In this document: piece by piece, positions 27,042 through 35,571 of the stretch
How positions within the stretch are numbered: the first letter of the stretch is position 1
Layout of the letters: every line of letters begins with the position of its first letter
Assembly (NCBI GenBank): GCA_934643825.1
Contig: CAKUCW010000003.1
Coordinates: 19,320 to 83,319, forward strand
Length of the DNA: 64,000 bases
Reading direction: 5' to 3'
Source: an uncultured Clostridia bacterium
GTDB taxonomy: Bacteria; Bacillota; Clostridia; Christensenellales; Aristaeellaceae
Notes under the pieces: generated by a model
The model's database searches: none
Told to the model about the DNA's origin: nothing
The model's input: the letters and a program-made list of their open reading frames with translations, nothing else
Position numbers and translations under genes: made by a program

Positions 27042-27398
27042 ATGGAATGGCATATTGCCGCCGGACGTCCTGTCTATATCCAGCTCGTCGAGCAGCTCGA
27101 ACGGGCTGTCGTCACCGGCGTATATCCCCCGGGCGAACGGGTTCCCGCCGTCCGTGATCTCGCCGCACAGGCGCAGGTCAATCCCAATACCATGCAGCGT
27201 GCGCTTGCGGAGATGGAATCGCGTGGTTTGCTCGTCACCCAGCGCACGGCAGGGCGCACCGTCACCTCGGATACTGCCTTGATTGCGAAAACGCGTCAGG
27301 CACTCGCCGCCTCGCTTGCTCAGGACTTTCTGGCGCAGGCAAAAGCGCTCGGACTTACCCGCGAGGAAATCCTCGCATTGCTTCAACAGGAGGAATAA
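27042..27398 (+). CDS. GntR family transcriptional regulator, short YtrA subfamily
   Basis: 118 aa. PVYIQLVEQLERAVVTGVYPPGERVPAVRDLAAQAQVNPNTMQRALAEMESRGLL is the GntR wHTH. Confidence 0.85.
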   Translation: MEWHIAAGRPVYIQLVEQLERAVVTGVYPPGERVPAVRDLAAQAQVNPNTMQRALAEMESRGLLVTQRTAGRTVTSDTALIAKTRQALAASLAQDFLAQAKALGLTREEILALLQQEE

Positions 27399-27401
27399 AA
27401 C

Positions 27402-28100
27402 ATGACAGCAATCTATACCGCTCATCATCTGACCAAAAAATACGGCGGGCATACGGCTCTGCGCGATGTCAGCTTTTCGATCGAGCCGGGGCGTCTGGTC
27501 GGTCTGCTCGGCCCGAACGGCGCAGGCAAATCGACGCTCATCAAATGCTCGATGGGGCTTTTGACGCCGACGTCGGGCGACATCATCATCGGCGGCGTCA
27601 AGCCCGGACCGGCATCCAAAGCCATGACCGCTTATCTTCCCGACCGCATGGCGCTCTCCGAAAGCCTGCGCGTGCGCGATGCCGTAGCGATGTTCGCGGA
27701 TTTCTTCACCGATTTCGATCGGACGAAAGCGCGTGACATGCTGCTTGACCTGCATCTGGATGACAGCCAGCGCATCGGCGCAATGAGCAAGGGCATGCAG
27801 GAGAAGATGCAGCTCTGCCTGGTCATGTCCCGTGCCGCAAGGCTCTATCTGCTCGACGAACCGCTCGGCGGGGTCGATCCCGCAGCGCGTGATTATATTT
27901 TGAACACGATCCTGCGCAATTACAACGAAAACGCCGCCGTCGTCCTCTCGACGCATCTCATCGGCGATATCGAAAAGGCGCTGGATGAGGTTCTGATTCT
28001 CAAGGACAACACCGTGATGCTGCATCAGAGCGTGGACGAACTGCGCGAGGAAAAAGGCTGCAGCGTGGATGAGTATTTCAGGGAGGTTTTCAAATGCTGA
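27402..28100 (+). CDS. ABC transporter ATP-binding protein
   Basis: Walker A GPNGAGKST, signature MSKGMQEK (degenerate LSGGQ), Walker B LYLLDEP. Confidence 0.9.
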   Translation: MTAIYTAHHLTKKYGGHTALRDVSFSIEPGRLVGLLGPNGAGKSTLIKCSMGLLTPTSGDIIIGGVKPGPASKAMTAYLPDRMALSESLRVRDAVAMFADFFTDFDRTKARDMLLDLHLDDSQRIGAMSKGMQEKMQLCLVMSRAARLYLLDEPLGGVDPAARDYILNTILRNYNENAAVVLSTHLIGDIEKALDEVLILKDNTVMLHQSVDELREEKGCSVDEYFREVFKC

Positions 28101-28924
28101 GCAAATTGATTAAATATGAGCTGAAAGATGCTTCTCATTCCCTCTTCCCCATCGGTCTGGGCATGGCGATTCTGAGCGTGATTTCCGCGCTGATGGTCGG
28201 CTCTGCCACGAAGGGATTTGACCTTTCGCGCCTTCCGTTCTATCCGCTGCTGAGCGGCTTGGTCGGGCTGCTGACGTTCATCTGCGTCATCGCGGTGGTG
28301 GTCATCTGCCTGATGTCCAACGTCGGCAGCTTCTACCGCATGCTCGGTCATCGGGGCTATCTGGAAATGTCCCTGCCCGTGACCATCCATCAGCACATCG
28401 CGGCGAAGCTGATTTCCGCCGTGCTGACCACCCTGCTGACCCTCATTTTCCTCAACCTGTGCGGCTTTGTCATCGTTCTGCCGAATCAGCCCGCCAACTG
28501 GTTCAGCACCATGCTCGGCGAAGGGCTGAACATGCTGCAAAACACCCCGATTAGCTTCATGCTTCTGCTCGTCCTCTTCCTGCTGGCAGGCGTAGCGATG
28601 TTCTATCTGCACACCTATCTGTCCTGCGCCATCGGCGGCTTTTTCCCGCAGCAGCGCAAACTGGCGAGCATCATCACGTTCTTCATTCTGCAATTCGTCG
28701 CGCAGGTGCTTTTCCTTCTGGTCGTCTCTTTCGCTTTCTCGCATATGGAATCGCTGGTTGACGCTCTGGGGCGTTTCGCCATCGACATTCTGAACAGCAC
28801 CGACGGCGAATGGAAGATCTTCTATGGTTCGCTGACCGGCGTTGTGGTGATTGAAGTCCTGATTGACGCGGTGCTGTGGTTCATCACGCGGACGATTCTG
28901 GTCAAGAGCCTGAACCTGCCGTAA
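28094..28924 (+). CDS. Membrane protein, putative ABC-2 type permease partner
   Basis: 276 aa with about 6 TM segments. It overlaps the ATPase stop, a typical YtrA-operon architecture. Confidence 0.7.
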   Translation: MLSKLIKYELKDASHSLFPIGLGMAILSVISALMVGSATKGFDLSRLPFYPLLSGLVGLLTFICVIAVVVICLMSNVGSFYRMLGHRGYLEMSLPVTIHQHIAAKLISAVLTTLLTLIFLNLCGFVIVLPNQPANWFSTMLGEGLNMLQNTPISFMLLLVLFLLAGVAMFYLHTYLSCAIGGFFPQQRKLASIITFFILQFVAQVLFLLVVSFAFSHMESLVDALGRFAIDILNSTDGEWKIFYGSLTGVVVIEVLIDAVLWFITRTILVKSLNLP

Positions 28925-29050
28925 GGCTGTTCCGCGGCTGAAACGGCTTTCTCCGGTGAAGGCGCGTGGGTTCACGTTCTGAATCCGCCCGTTCTTTTCT
29001 TCAAGAGCCGATCACGCAGTCGGCTGGGTACAGTTTTCCATACAACAGGA

Positions 29051-29225
29051 GGCTGTCAAGCTTAAACCGAACATTTCAAGAAACAAATATCTAAGCATTC
29101 GGGAATATGATATGGGGCTTTGCCCCATCGCCCCACCAAAGGGCTTTCCGGTCGCCCTTTGGAAACCTTCGGGCGCAAATACTTAGTTTTATTCTTGAAA
29201 TATCGGTGCTGTTAGCTTGACAGCC
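29051..29225. repeat. MITE-like element: roughly 50-bp imperfect inverted arms around a core of the mosaic hairpin repeat
   Basis: Arms GGCTGTCAAGCTTAA...ATTTCAAGAAACAAATATCTAAG and CTTAGTTTTATTCTTGAAAT...TTAGCTTGACAGCC. The core is ATGGGGCTTTGCCCCATCGCCCCACCAAAGGGCTTTCCGGTCGCCCTTTGG. Confidence 0.75.
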
Positions 29226-29231
29226 CCCTGT

Positions 29232-30416
29232 TTATTCGATTTTAAGCACAGCCTGCACCGCTGTGTCCACGCCTTTTTCAAAATCGGAAAGCGTCTGCGG
29301 AATCAGGATATCCGGCTCGACAGGCTTGTGCGGCGCACCGTTCGCAAAATCCTTCGTTGAATACATCAGATAGAGCGTGTCCTTCAAATTCACCGCATTC
29401 AATTCGCCAAAGCCGATCGTACCGCCGGTCGTTTCCCCGACGAGCGTTGCGCCGATTTCCCGCAGATCCTCCGCATTCATCACCGCGGAAGAGAACGTTC
29501 CCGCGCCGATCAGCGCGAAAAGCCGGCTTCCCTGCTCCTCGTATTTTTGAAGAAGCTGAATCAGGGGCTGAATGACGCTGCTGTCCCCGCCGCCGTTGTG
29601 ACGCAAATCGACGATGATTTTTTCCGGCGCAGACGTCAGCTGAGCGTCAAGCGCCGCGGCAAAGTCCTTCATCGGCATGTTCTCGTCGTTCGTGCATTCG
29701 TTGTACTGGATAAACAGCGTTCCCGCCTCCGCCAGCGTTGCGCGGTATGTGCCGCGCTGCAAGAGCGTATCCGCCAGCGGAAGGATGGTCGATGTGTCGT
29801 AAGCGTATTCGGTCAGACTTTCAAAGGCGACCGTCTGCTTCTCCCCGTCCATCGGGTTTTCAAGCGTAACCTTGACAGCGTCCATCGAATCCGTCGCGCC
29901 GATTTCCCTGAGCAGAGCAAGCATGCACAAATTTCGCGCAGTCTGCGTTCTGCGGCATCCTTCCGTTTCGAAGCTGATGTAGGCAGAGAGTGCCGTTTCG
30001 ACTTCTTCAATCGGCATATCGCCGATGGCGGCGATCGTCCATCCCAGATAGGGCTTCGCGCATTCCTGCCCCTGAACGATCACATATTTTCCCTCGACCG
30101 CCATCACAAAATACGGCGTGCGAACATTATACCATGCCCCGTCGAACAGCTGCGTATGCTCATCCTTCAAAGATGCAATCCATCGGCACAGCGCAAAGCC
30201 CGCTTCTCCCTGTTCCTCCAGCTCGTCCCAATTCTGCGTCAGCGCTTCCGCCTGCGCATCAAACGCCTCTTTCGTGATATTCGTGTAAGGCGCGGGATGA
30301 TTGGCTCGAAGCGTATCCGCCACAATCTGCGGTATGCCTGCCTGCGCCTTTGCGCCGCCCGACAGCAAAAGCATCGCCGCCATCAGCAGCCCTGCAAACC
30401 CATTTGTCTTTTTCAT
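29232..30416 (-). CDS. S41 family peptidase (C-terminal processing/tail-specific protease-like), secreted
   Basis: Signal peptide MKKTNGFAGLLMAAMLLLSGGAKAQA. IVDLRHNGGGDSSVIQPL and GAGTFSSAVMNA match the S41 catalytic region. Confidence 0.8.
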   Translation of the reverse strand: MKKTNGFAGLLMAAMLLLSGGAKAQAGIPQIVADTLRANHPAPYTNITKEAFDAQAEALTQNWDELEEQGEAGFALCRWIASLKDEHTQLFDGAWYNVRTPYFVMAVEGKYVIVQGQECAKPYLGWTIAAIGDMPIEEVETALSAYISFETEGCRRTQTARNLCMLALLREIGATDSMDAVKVTLENPMDGEKQTVAFESLTEYAYDTSTILPLADTLLQRGTYRATLAEAGTLFIQYNECTNDENMPMKDFAAALDAQLTSAPEKIIVDLRHNGGGDSSVIQPLIQLLQKYEEQGSRLFALIGAGTFSSAVMNAEDLREIGATLVGETTGGTIGFGELNAVNLKDTLYLMYSTKDFANGAPHKPVEPDILIPQTLSDFEKGVDTAVQAVLKIE

Positions 30417-30453
30417 GTTGTTCCTTCCTGACGGCTTGCGAATCCAGCCGCGC

Positions 30454-30846
30454 TTATAAATCGTCGCTGCTCACACCGCCGCCATAGCGTTTGAGGATGT
30501 ACTCACCCTGCTCGTTCTTCTCATAGTCAAAGCCGTAGCTGCCCGTTTTTCCATTCAGCTGATAGGTCAGCGTCACGATGACGCGGTCTGCGCCCGTCGT
30601 TTTGCACGCGACGCCCGTCTCTGTCACGGTCGCATCCGGAAACGCATCGGTGAATGTCTTGACCGCCATCTCCCGCACGACCGGAACAAAGCTCCAATCT
30701 CTGCTTGCGCTCCCGCTCTGCGGCGTATCCAGCTGTTCGCTCTTGAGTTTTTCGCCGACCTCGTGCAGCGTGCCTTCGATTTTCGTGCATCCCGAAAGCG
30801 TGATGACCAGCGCCGCAAGAAGCATCGCGCAAATGATCTTCTTCAT
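30454..30846 (-). CDS. Lipoprotein, function unknown
   Basis: MKKIICAMLLAALVITLSGC carries a lipobox (LSGC). 130 aa. Confidence 0.7.
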   Translation of the reverse strand: MKKIICAMLLAALVITLSGCTKIEGTLHEVGEKLKSEQLDTPQSGSASRDWSFVPVVREMAVKTFTDAFPDATVTETGVACKTTGADRVIVTLTYQLNGKTGSYGFDYEKNEQGEYILKRYGGGVSSDDL

Positions 30847-30862
30847 ATTTATTTTTCTCCTT

Positions 30863-32218
30863 TTATCCCCACGCCTTTTTCAGCGCTTCCAGCCCCTGAC
30901 GTATGGCTTCCTCGTCCATGCCGGAAAAGCCCAGCAAGACGACGCGGTTCGCCTCGCCCGTTCCCTGCATCACCGCGTAATCGCACAGCCGCGTCAGGTG
31001 GACGCCTACCCGCTCTGCCAGCGGAATCAGCTCGCCTGCTGCCGCCCGTCCGCCCGCTTTGAGCAGCACGTGAAGCCCCGCGCCGCAGGGCGCGACTTCG
31101 CCCAGCTCCAGCTTTTTCGCCGTGTCGGTCAGCGTTTGCAGCCGCGCCCGATAGACGACGCGCATCCGCGCAATATGCCGCTCCAGATAGCCGCCTGCGA
31201 TAAACTTACGCAGGGTTTCCTGTTCAAAGCCCGGAACGGTACACGCCGCGTGCATCGCCCGATAGCGCGGCACAAGCTCCATCGGCAAAACCATGAAGCT
31301 CAGGCGCAGTCCCGGCGCAAGCGTCCGCGAAAACGTGTTCATATAGACGACCTGACTGCCGCCCTCCATCGCACGGAGAGCCGGCGCGTTGGCGCCGCTG
31401 AAGCGGAACTCGCTGTCGTAGTCGTCCTCCAGAATATAGCCACCGGTTTCCCGCGCCCAGCGAAGCAGCGCTTCGCGCTGACCGGTCTGCATCTCCTCGC
31501 CGGTCGGGAACTGATGGGTCGGGGTGACATACGCCGCGCCCGCGCCGCCCGCATACAGCGACCGGATGTCGATCGCTCCATCGCAAAGCGGCGTCGGCAC
31601 AATCCGCGCACCGCTGGCGACCAGTATGCGCCGCACGCGGGAATAGCCGGGGTCTTCCACGGCAAAAAGGCGTTCGCGCCCGATGAGCGAAACGAGCGCG
31701 GAAACCAGCACCTCCGTTCCCGATCCCAGAACGATGGCGTCCGGAGAGACATCCACGCCGCGCATCCTGTGCAGATAGCCGGCAATCTCCCGGCGAAGCG
31801 CCGCGTCGCCCTGCGGGTCGCCGGAGAGCAGCAGGGTCGTGCTTTGCTCGCTGAGTACCTCGCGCATCAGCCGCGCCCACGTCGCGTAGGGAAAATGCCC
31901 CGCATCTGCCGCGCCCGTTCCGAAATTCCAGCGGACGGGCGGCTTTTCGGTTTGCTGTGTCTCTGCCGCCGCAAACGGCTGGCTGAGGGCATAGATGCCG
32001 CTTCTGGGGCGGCTTTCGCATCGCCCTTCGCTGATGAGCCGCGCATACGCCGCTTCAACCGTCGCCGTGCTGATGTTCAGATGCGCCGCCAGCTCACGCT
32101 TGGAGGGCATGCGTTCGCCCGGGCGGATGCTGCCGCGTTCCATGTCCCCGCGCAAGGCGGTATACAGCTGCTCGGTCAGCGTCGTGCGGCTGCTTGGATC
32201 CAGATTGCAGGTGAACAT
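30863..32218 (-). CDS. MocR/PdxR-type regulator (GntR wHTH fused to a fold-type I aminotransferase-like domain)
   Basis: The N-terminus LTEQLYTALRGDMERGSIRPGERMPSKRELAAHLNISTATVEAAYARLISEG is followed by an AAT-like domain. 451 aa. Confidence 0.85.
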   Translation of the reverse strand: MFTCNLDPSSRTTLTEQLYTALRGDMERGSIRPGERMPSKRELAAHLNISTATVEAAYARLISEGRCESRPRSGIYALSQPFAAAETQQTEKPPVRWNFGTGAADAGHFPYATWARLMREVLSEQSTTLLLSGDPQGDAALRREIAGYLHRMRGVDVSPDAIVLGSGTEVLVSALVSLIGRERLFAVEDPGYSRVRRILVASGARIVPTPLCDGAIDIRSLYAGGAGAAYVTPTHQFPTGEEMQTGQREALLRWARETGGYILEDDYDSEFRFSGANAPALRAMEGGSQVVYMNTFSRTLAPGLRLSFMVLPMELVPRYRAMHAACTVPGFEQETLRKFIAGGYLERHIARMRVVYRARLQTLTDTAKKLELGEVAPCGAGLHVLLKAGGRAAAGELIPLAERVGVHLTRLCDYAVMQGTGEANRVVLLGFSGMDEEAIRQGLEALKKAWG

Positions 32219-32220
32219 CG

Positions 32221-34164
32221 TTATCCTTCCACCTCACAGTGCGCCCATTCCCGTACATGATCCCACGCGACATAGAAGCCCGCGCCATGGCTGCAAAAAA
32301 CGCTTCCCGGCGGGTTCTTTGTGTCGGCAAGCGGATCATATCCGCTCTTTTTGACGATTTCCTCTTGATTTCTGCATGGCTCATAACGCCAAAAGCCCGA
32401 CATGAGCCGCCCGTGTCCTCTTGTGGACGCGGCGAACTTCGTCGGATAATCCCAAAACATCGCCGCCGTGCAGCTTCCCGTCAGCGTCACTTCATCTTCT
32501 TCCGTTTCCGGTGCATCCAGCTGTGCGCCGATGCGCAGAAGCTCCCCCGTCACGCGGCTGAGCGCTTCCAGCGGCATCGCCAACTCAAACCGCACGACCG
32601 GTTCGAGCAGCACATTGTCCGCCTGCATCAGCGCGTTGCGAATGGCGCGGCAGGTTGCTTCGCGGAAATCGCCGCCTTCCGTATGCTTGAGATGTGCGCG
32701 TCCCGCAATCAGGCGAATCCGCACATCCGTCAGCGGGCTTCCGGTCAGCACGCCGGGATGCGTCCGCTCAAAGACATGCGTTTCAATCAGCCTCTGCCAG
32801 TTGAAGTCGAGCGTATTGGGCGGGCAATCCGCCGAGAACGTGATGCCGCTCCCGCGCTCCCCCGGCTCAAGGCTCAGCCACACCTCCGCATAATGGCGCA
32901 GAGGCTCATAATGCCCGATGCCGATGACGGGCGCATCGATCGTCTCCTGATACAGCACATGCGGGGGAAGCATGCGAACCTCGTCGCCAAAGCGCGTCTT
33001 GAGCAGCGTTTCCAGAATTTCAATCTGTACCGCGCCCATCACGCCGACGGATACGCCGCCTTCTTCCGGCGTGACCGCCAGCAGCGGGTCTTCCTCCTCC
33101 AGCTCACGCAAATGGGCGAGCAGCGCCGTGATATCCAGCGGCGGCACGGGTTCCACCCTGACGCTCATCAGCGGCACAAGCTCCGCGCTGTCTTTTGTCA
33201 GCTCTGCGCCGATGCGTTCTCCGGGGCGGACATCCAGCCCCGCAACCGCCGCCGTCCTTCCGGCAGAAAGCTCGCCGAGCGTCGTCAGCTTGCCGCCCTG
33301 CGGCAGCATCAGCGCGGAAACCTTCTGCGTGCCGCGTGCCGTGTTGACCTCGTCCCGCACGCGCAGAACGCCCGCCGTCGCCTTGATATAGGCATAGCGG
33401 ACGCCGCCGACGCGCCGCACGCGGTAGACCTGACCGGCAAACGGCAGACTTTCCCGGCTTGCCCAATCCGTTTTGCAGAGCGCGGCAATCGCCCGCATCA
33501 GTTCATCCACGCCCGTTCCCGTCAGCGCACTTCCCGCCAAAACGGGAAACAGCGCACCCTTTAAAAAAGCACGGTGCGCTCCATCCAGATAATCTTCTCT
33601 TTTTGCGCAATCGGAAAAATGCGCTTCCAAAAGCGCTTCATCCCTCGCGGCAAGCTCTTCTTTCAGCGCATCTGCGTCCGCGCCGGTCATCAGCACACAG
33701 TCGCCGCTGAGCAGCCGCTGCATCTGCGCCGTCACCCGCGCCGCATCCGCGCCTTCCCGGTCGGTCTTGTTGAGAAAGATGAGCGTGGGAATGCGCTTCT
33801 TTCTGAGCAGTTTGAAGAGCGTCACCGTGTGGCTCTGCACGCCCTCCACGCAGGACACGACCAGCAGCGCCGCATCCAGCACACAGAGCGCACGCTCCAT
33901 TTCGCCGGAAAAATCGACATGCCCCGGCGTGTCCATCAGCGTGACAAAGAGCGGCTCTTTGCTGTCTGTATGCCACTCAAGCGCAGCCTGTTCGGTAAAA
34001 ACCGTAATGCCTCGTGCGCGTTCCATCGGATCATCATCCATAAACGCGTCGCCGTGGTCTACGCGTCCGCAGGTTCTGATCACGCCCGAGCGGCAGAGCA
34101 TCTGCTCGCAAAGGGTCGTCTTGCCCGCATCAACGTGCGCCGTCACGCCAAGGGTCAGGTTCAT
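32221..34164 (-). CDS. Translation-factor GTPase family protein (EF-G / Tet(M)-Tet(O)-like architecture)
   Basis: 647 aa. LGVTAHVDAGKTTLCEQML (G1), RGITV, DTPGHVDF (G3) and NKTD (G4), then EF-G-like domains II-V. Confidence 0.85.
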   Translation of the reverse strand: MNLTLGVTAHVDAGKTTLCEQMLCRSGVIRTCGRVDHGDAFMDDDPMERARGITVFTEQAALEWHTDSKEPLFVTLMDTPGHVDFSGEMERALCVLDAALLVVSCVEGVQSHTVTLFKLLRKKRIPTLIFLNKTDREGADAARVTAQMQRLLSGDCVLMTGADADALKEELAARDEALLEAHFSDCAKREDYLDGAHRAFLKGALFPVLAGSALTGTGVDELMRAIAALCKTDWASRESLPFAGQVYRVRRVGGVRYAYIKATAGVLRVRDEVNTARGTQKVSALMLPQGGKLTTLGELSAGRTAAVAGLDVRPGERIGAELTKDSAELVPLMSVRVEPVPPLDITALLAHLRELEEEDPLLAVTPEEGGVSVGVMGAVQIEILETLLKTRFGDEVRMLPPHVLYQETIDAPVIGIGHYEPLRHYAEVWLSLEPGERGSGITFSADCPPNTLDFNWQRLIETHVFERTHPGVLTGSPLTDVRIRLIAGRAHLKHTEGGDFREATCRAIRNALMQADNVLLEPVVRFELAMPLEALSRVTGELLRIGAQLDAPETEEDEVTLTGSCTAAMFWDYPTKFAASTRGHGRLMSGFWRYEPCRNQEEIVKKSGYDPLADTKNPPGSVFCSHGAGFYVAWDHVREWAHCEVEG

Positions 34165-34955
34165 GTCGTTTCCTCCGCCGGTTCGCTGTCCTGCTTTGCG
34201 TTTTCGTCCTCTTCGCGTATCCTTTCAAGAACCGCGTTCACAACCTTTTGCTCATGGCGGGTGAACTTGCGCCCCTTCAGATACGCCTGCGCCATCTCCG
34301 GTCTGCGCCGCAGGGTGATATACAGCGATTCGCTCATCTGCCAATCGACAATATGCGCATGGTTGCCGTTGAGCAGCGGTTCCGGAACGGTCATCCCTTC
34401 AAATTCACGCGGGCGGGTATACTGCGGATATTCCAGCAGACCGGAGGAAAAGCTCTCCGTCTGTGCGCTTTCCTCGCATCCCAGCACGCCGGGAACCAGC
34501 CGCGCCACGCAATCCACCAGCACCATCGCCCCCAGCTCGCCGCCGGTCAGCACATAATCGCCGATGGAAATCTCTTCATCGATGCACAAATCGAGCGCCC
34601 GCTGATCCACGCCCTCGTAATGCCCGCAGAGCAGAATCAGTTCATCCTCTTGGGCAAGCTCTTCCGCCTTCTTCTGCGTCAGCGTTTCTCCCCGCGGGGA
34701 AAGGTAGATGCGGCGCACGTTCTTTTTGTCGCCCTGCACATCGCGCACGGCGTCCACGATTGGCTGCGCCAGCATGACCATGCCCGCGCCGCCGCCAAAG
34801 GGCGCGTCGTCCGTGTTATGGTGCTTGTTTTTTGAATAAGCGCGGATATCGACCTCGCGGATCTCCATCAGCCCGGCTTTCTCCGCACGCCCCAATATGC
34901 TGGTATGCAGCGGCGTGAACATTTCCGGAAACGTCGTCAGGATGGTGATCTTCAT
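34161..34955 (-). CDS. trmD: tRNA (guanine37-N1)-methyltransferase TrmD
   Basis: MKITILTTFPEMF...DDAPFGGGAGMVM...LLCGHYEGVDQR...SIGDYVLTGGE are canonical TrmD motifs. ATGA overlaps occur at both ends. Confidence 0.9.
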   Translation of the reverse strand: MKITILTTFPEMFTPLHTSILGRAEKAGLMEIREVDIRAYSKNKHHNTDDAPFGGGAGMVMLAQPIVDAVRDVQGDKKNVRRIYLSPRGETLTQKKAEELAQEDELILLCGHYEGVDQRALDLCIDEEISIGDYVLTGGELGAMVLVDCVARLVPGVLGCEESAQTESFSSGLLEYPQYTRPREFEGMTVPEPLLNGNHAHIVDWQMSESLYITLRRRPEMAQAYLKGRKFTRHEQKVVNAVLERIREEDENAKQDSEPAEETT

Positions 34956-35551
34956 GGTTCCTCCGTCTTGTTCTCCGTCGAAAGGAGCGTCATTTCCTGC
35001 TTTGCCATCTCTTCCAGCACGGCATACATCTTCTCTTCCTGCGTCGCGATTTCCAGAATCTCAATCTCGCGCAGGGTAAAGGTTTCTTCCTCCGCCTCGC
35101 GTCCGAAGAAATCCATCAGGCGCAGCTTGAGCCTCAGCCCGTTCGCCTCCACCACTCTGCCGGTAACCATATCGTCGCCCATGATGACGGAAACGATATC
35201 CCCGCGCTCCTTGCACGCCAGCAGCACGCTGAGCATCAGGTCGGTATCCTCGGCGGGCGCCTGCGTAAAAAAGCAGCGGTGGTGCTGCTTGTGGTACGCC
35301 ATCAGCATCGCCAGCCGCTGTTCATATTCCTCGCCCGCAAGCACCTGAATGACGTCCTGATTGCGGCGCACGCGCCAGCCGTCAATCTGCCCCCACGGGG
35401 ACAGATCACACATCAGCACATGCTGTCCGTCCACCGCTTCCACAAAGCCCGCGGAGAATCCTTCCGGATCCTCCGGATCGGTATAGACGGACGCCAGCGC
35501 CCCCTGCGCCGCCAGTATCCTGAGCAAATATACCATATAACCGTTGGTCAT
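34952..35551 (-). CDS. Hypothetical protein with two similar roughly 75-aa modules
   Basis: 199 aa. The halves LLRILAAQGALASVY...GFVEAV...RVRRNQDVIQVLAGEEYEQRL and LSVLLACKERGDIVSVI...GRVVEA...TLREIEILEIATQEEKMYAVL align by eye. The gene is translationally coupled to trmD. Confidence 0.6.
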   Translation of the reverse strand: MTNGYMVYLLRILAAQGALASVYTDPEDPEGFSAGFVEAVDGQHVLMCDLSPWGQIDGWRVRRNQDVIQVLAGEEYEQRLAMLMAYHKQHHRCFFTQAPAEDTDLMLSVLLACKERGDIVSVIMGDDMVTGRVVEANGLRLKLRLMDFFGREAEEETFTLREIEILEIATQEEKMYAVLEEMAKQEMTLLSTENKTEEP

Positions 35552-35571
35552 AGTCTACCCTTTCAAAACCC

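Noticed and set aside
32221-34164. Tetracycline ribosomal-protection resistance gene (tet(M)/tet(W)-like).
   Set aside because: - Only the generic EF-G/TetM domain architecture and length match.
- The sequence is clearly diverged from Tet(M)/Tet(W) as I recall them. The C-terminus ..SVFCSHGAGFYVAWDHVREW is different.
- The gene has native GC and sits in a housekeeping-like operon, not on a mobile element.
34952-35551. Calling this ORF rimM because it sits directly upstream of trmD.
   Set aside because: No RimM N-terminal barrel signature or PRC-barrel motif is recognisable, so position alone is insufficient. It is reported as a hypothesis in the findings instead.
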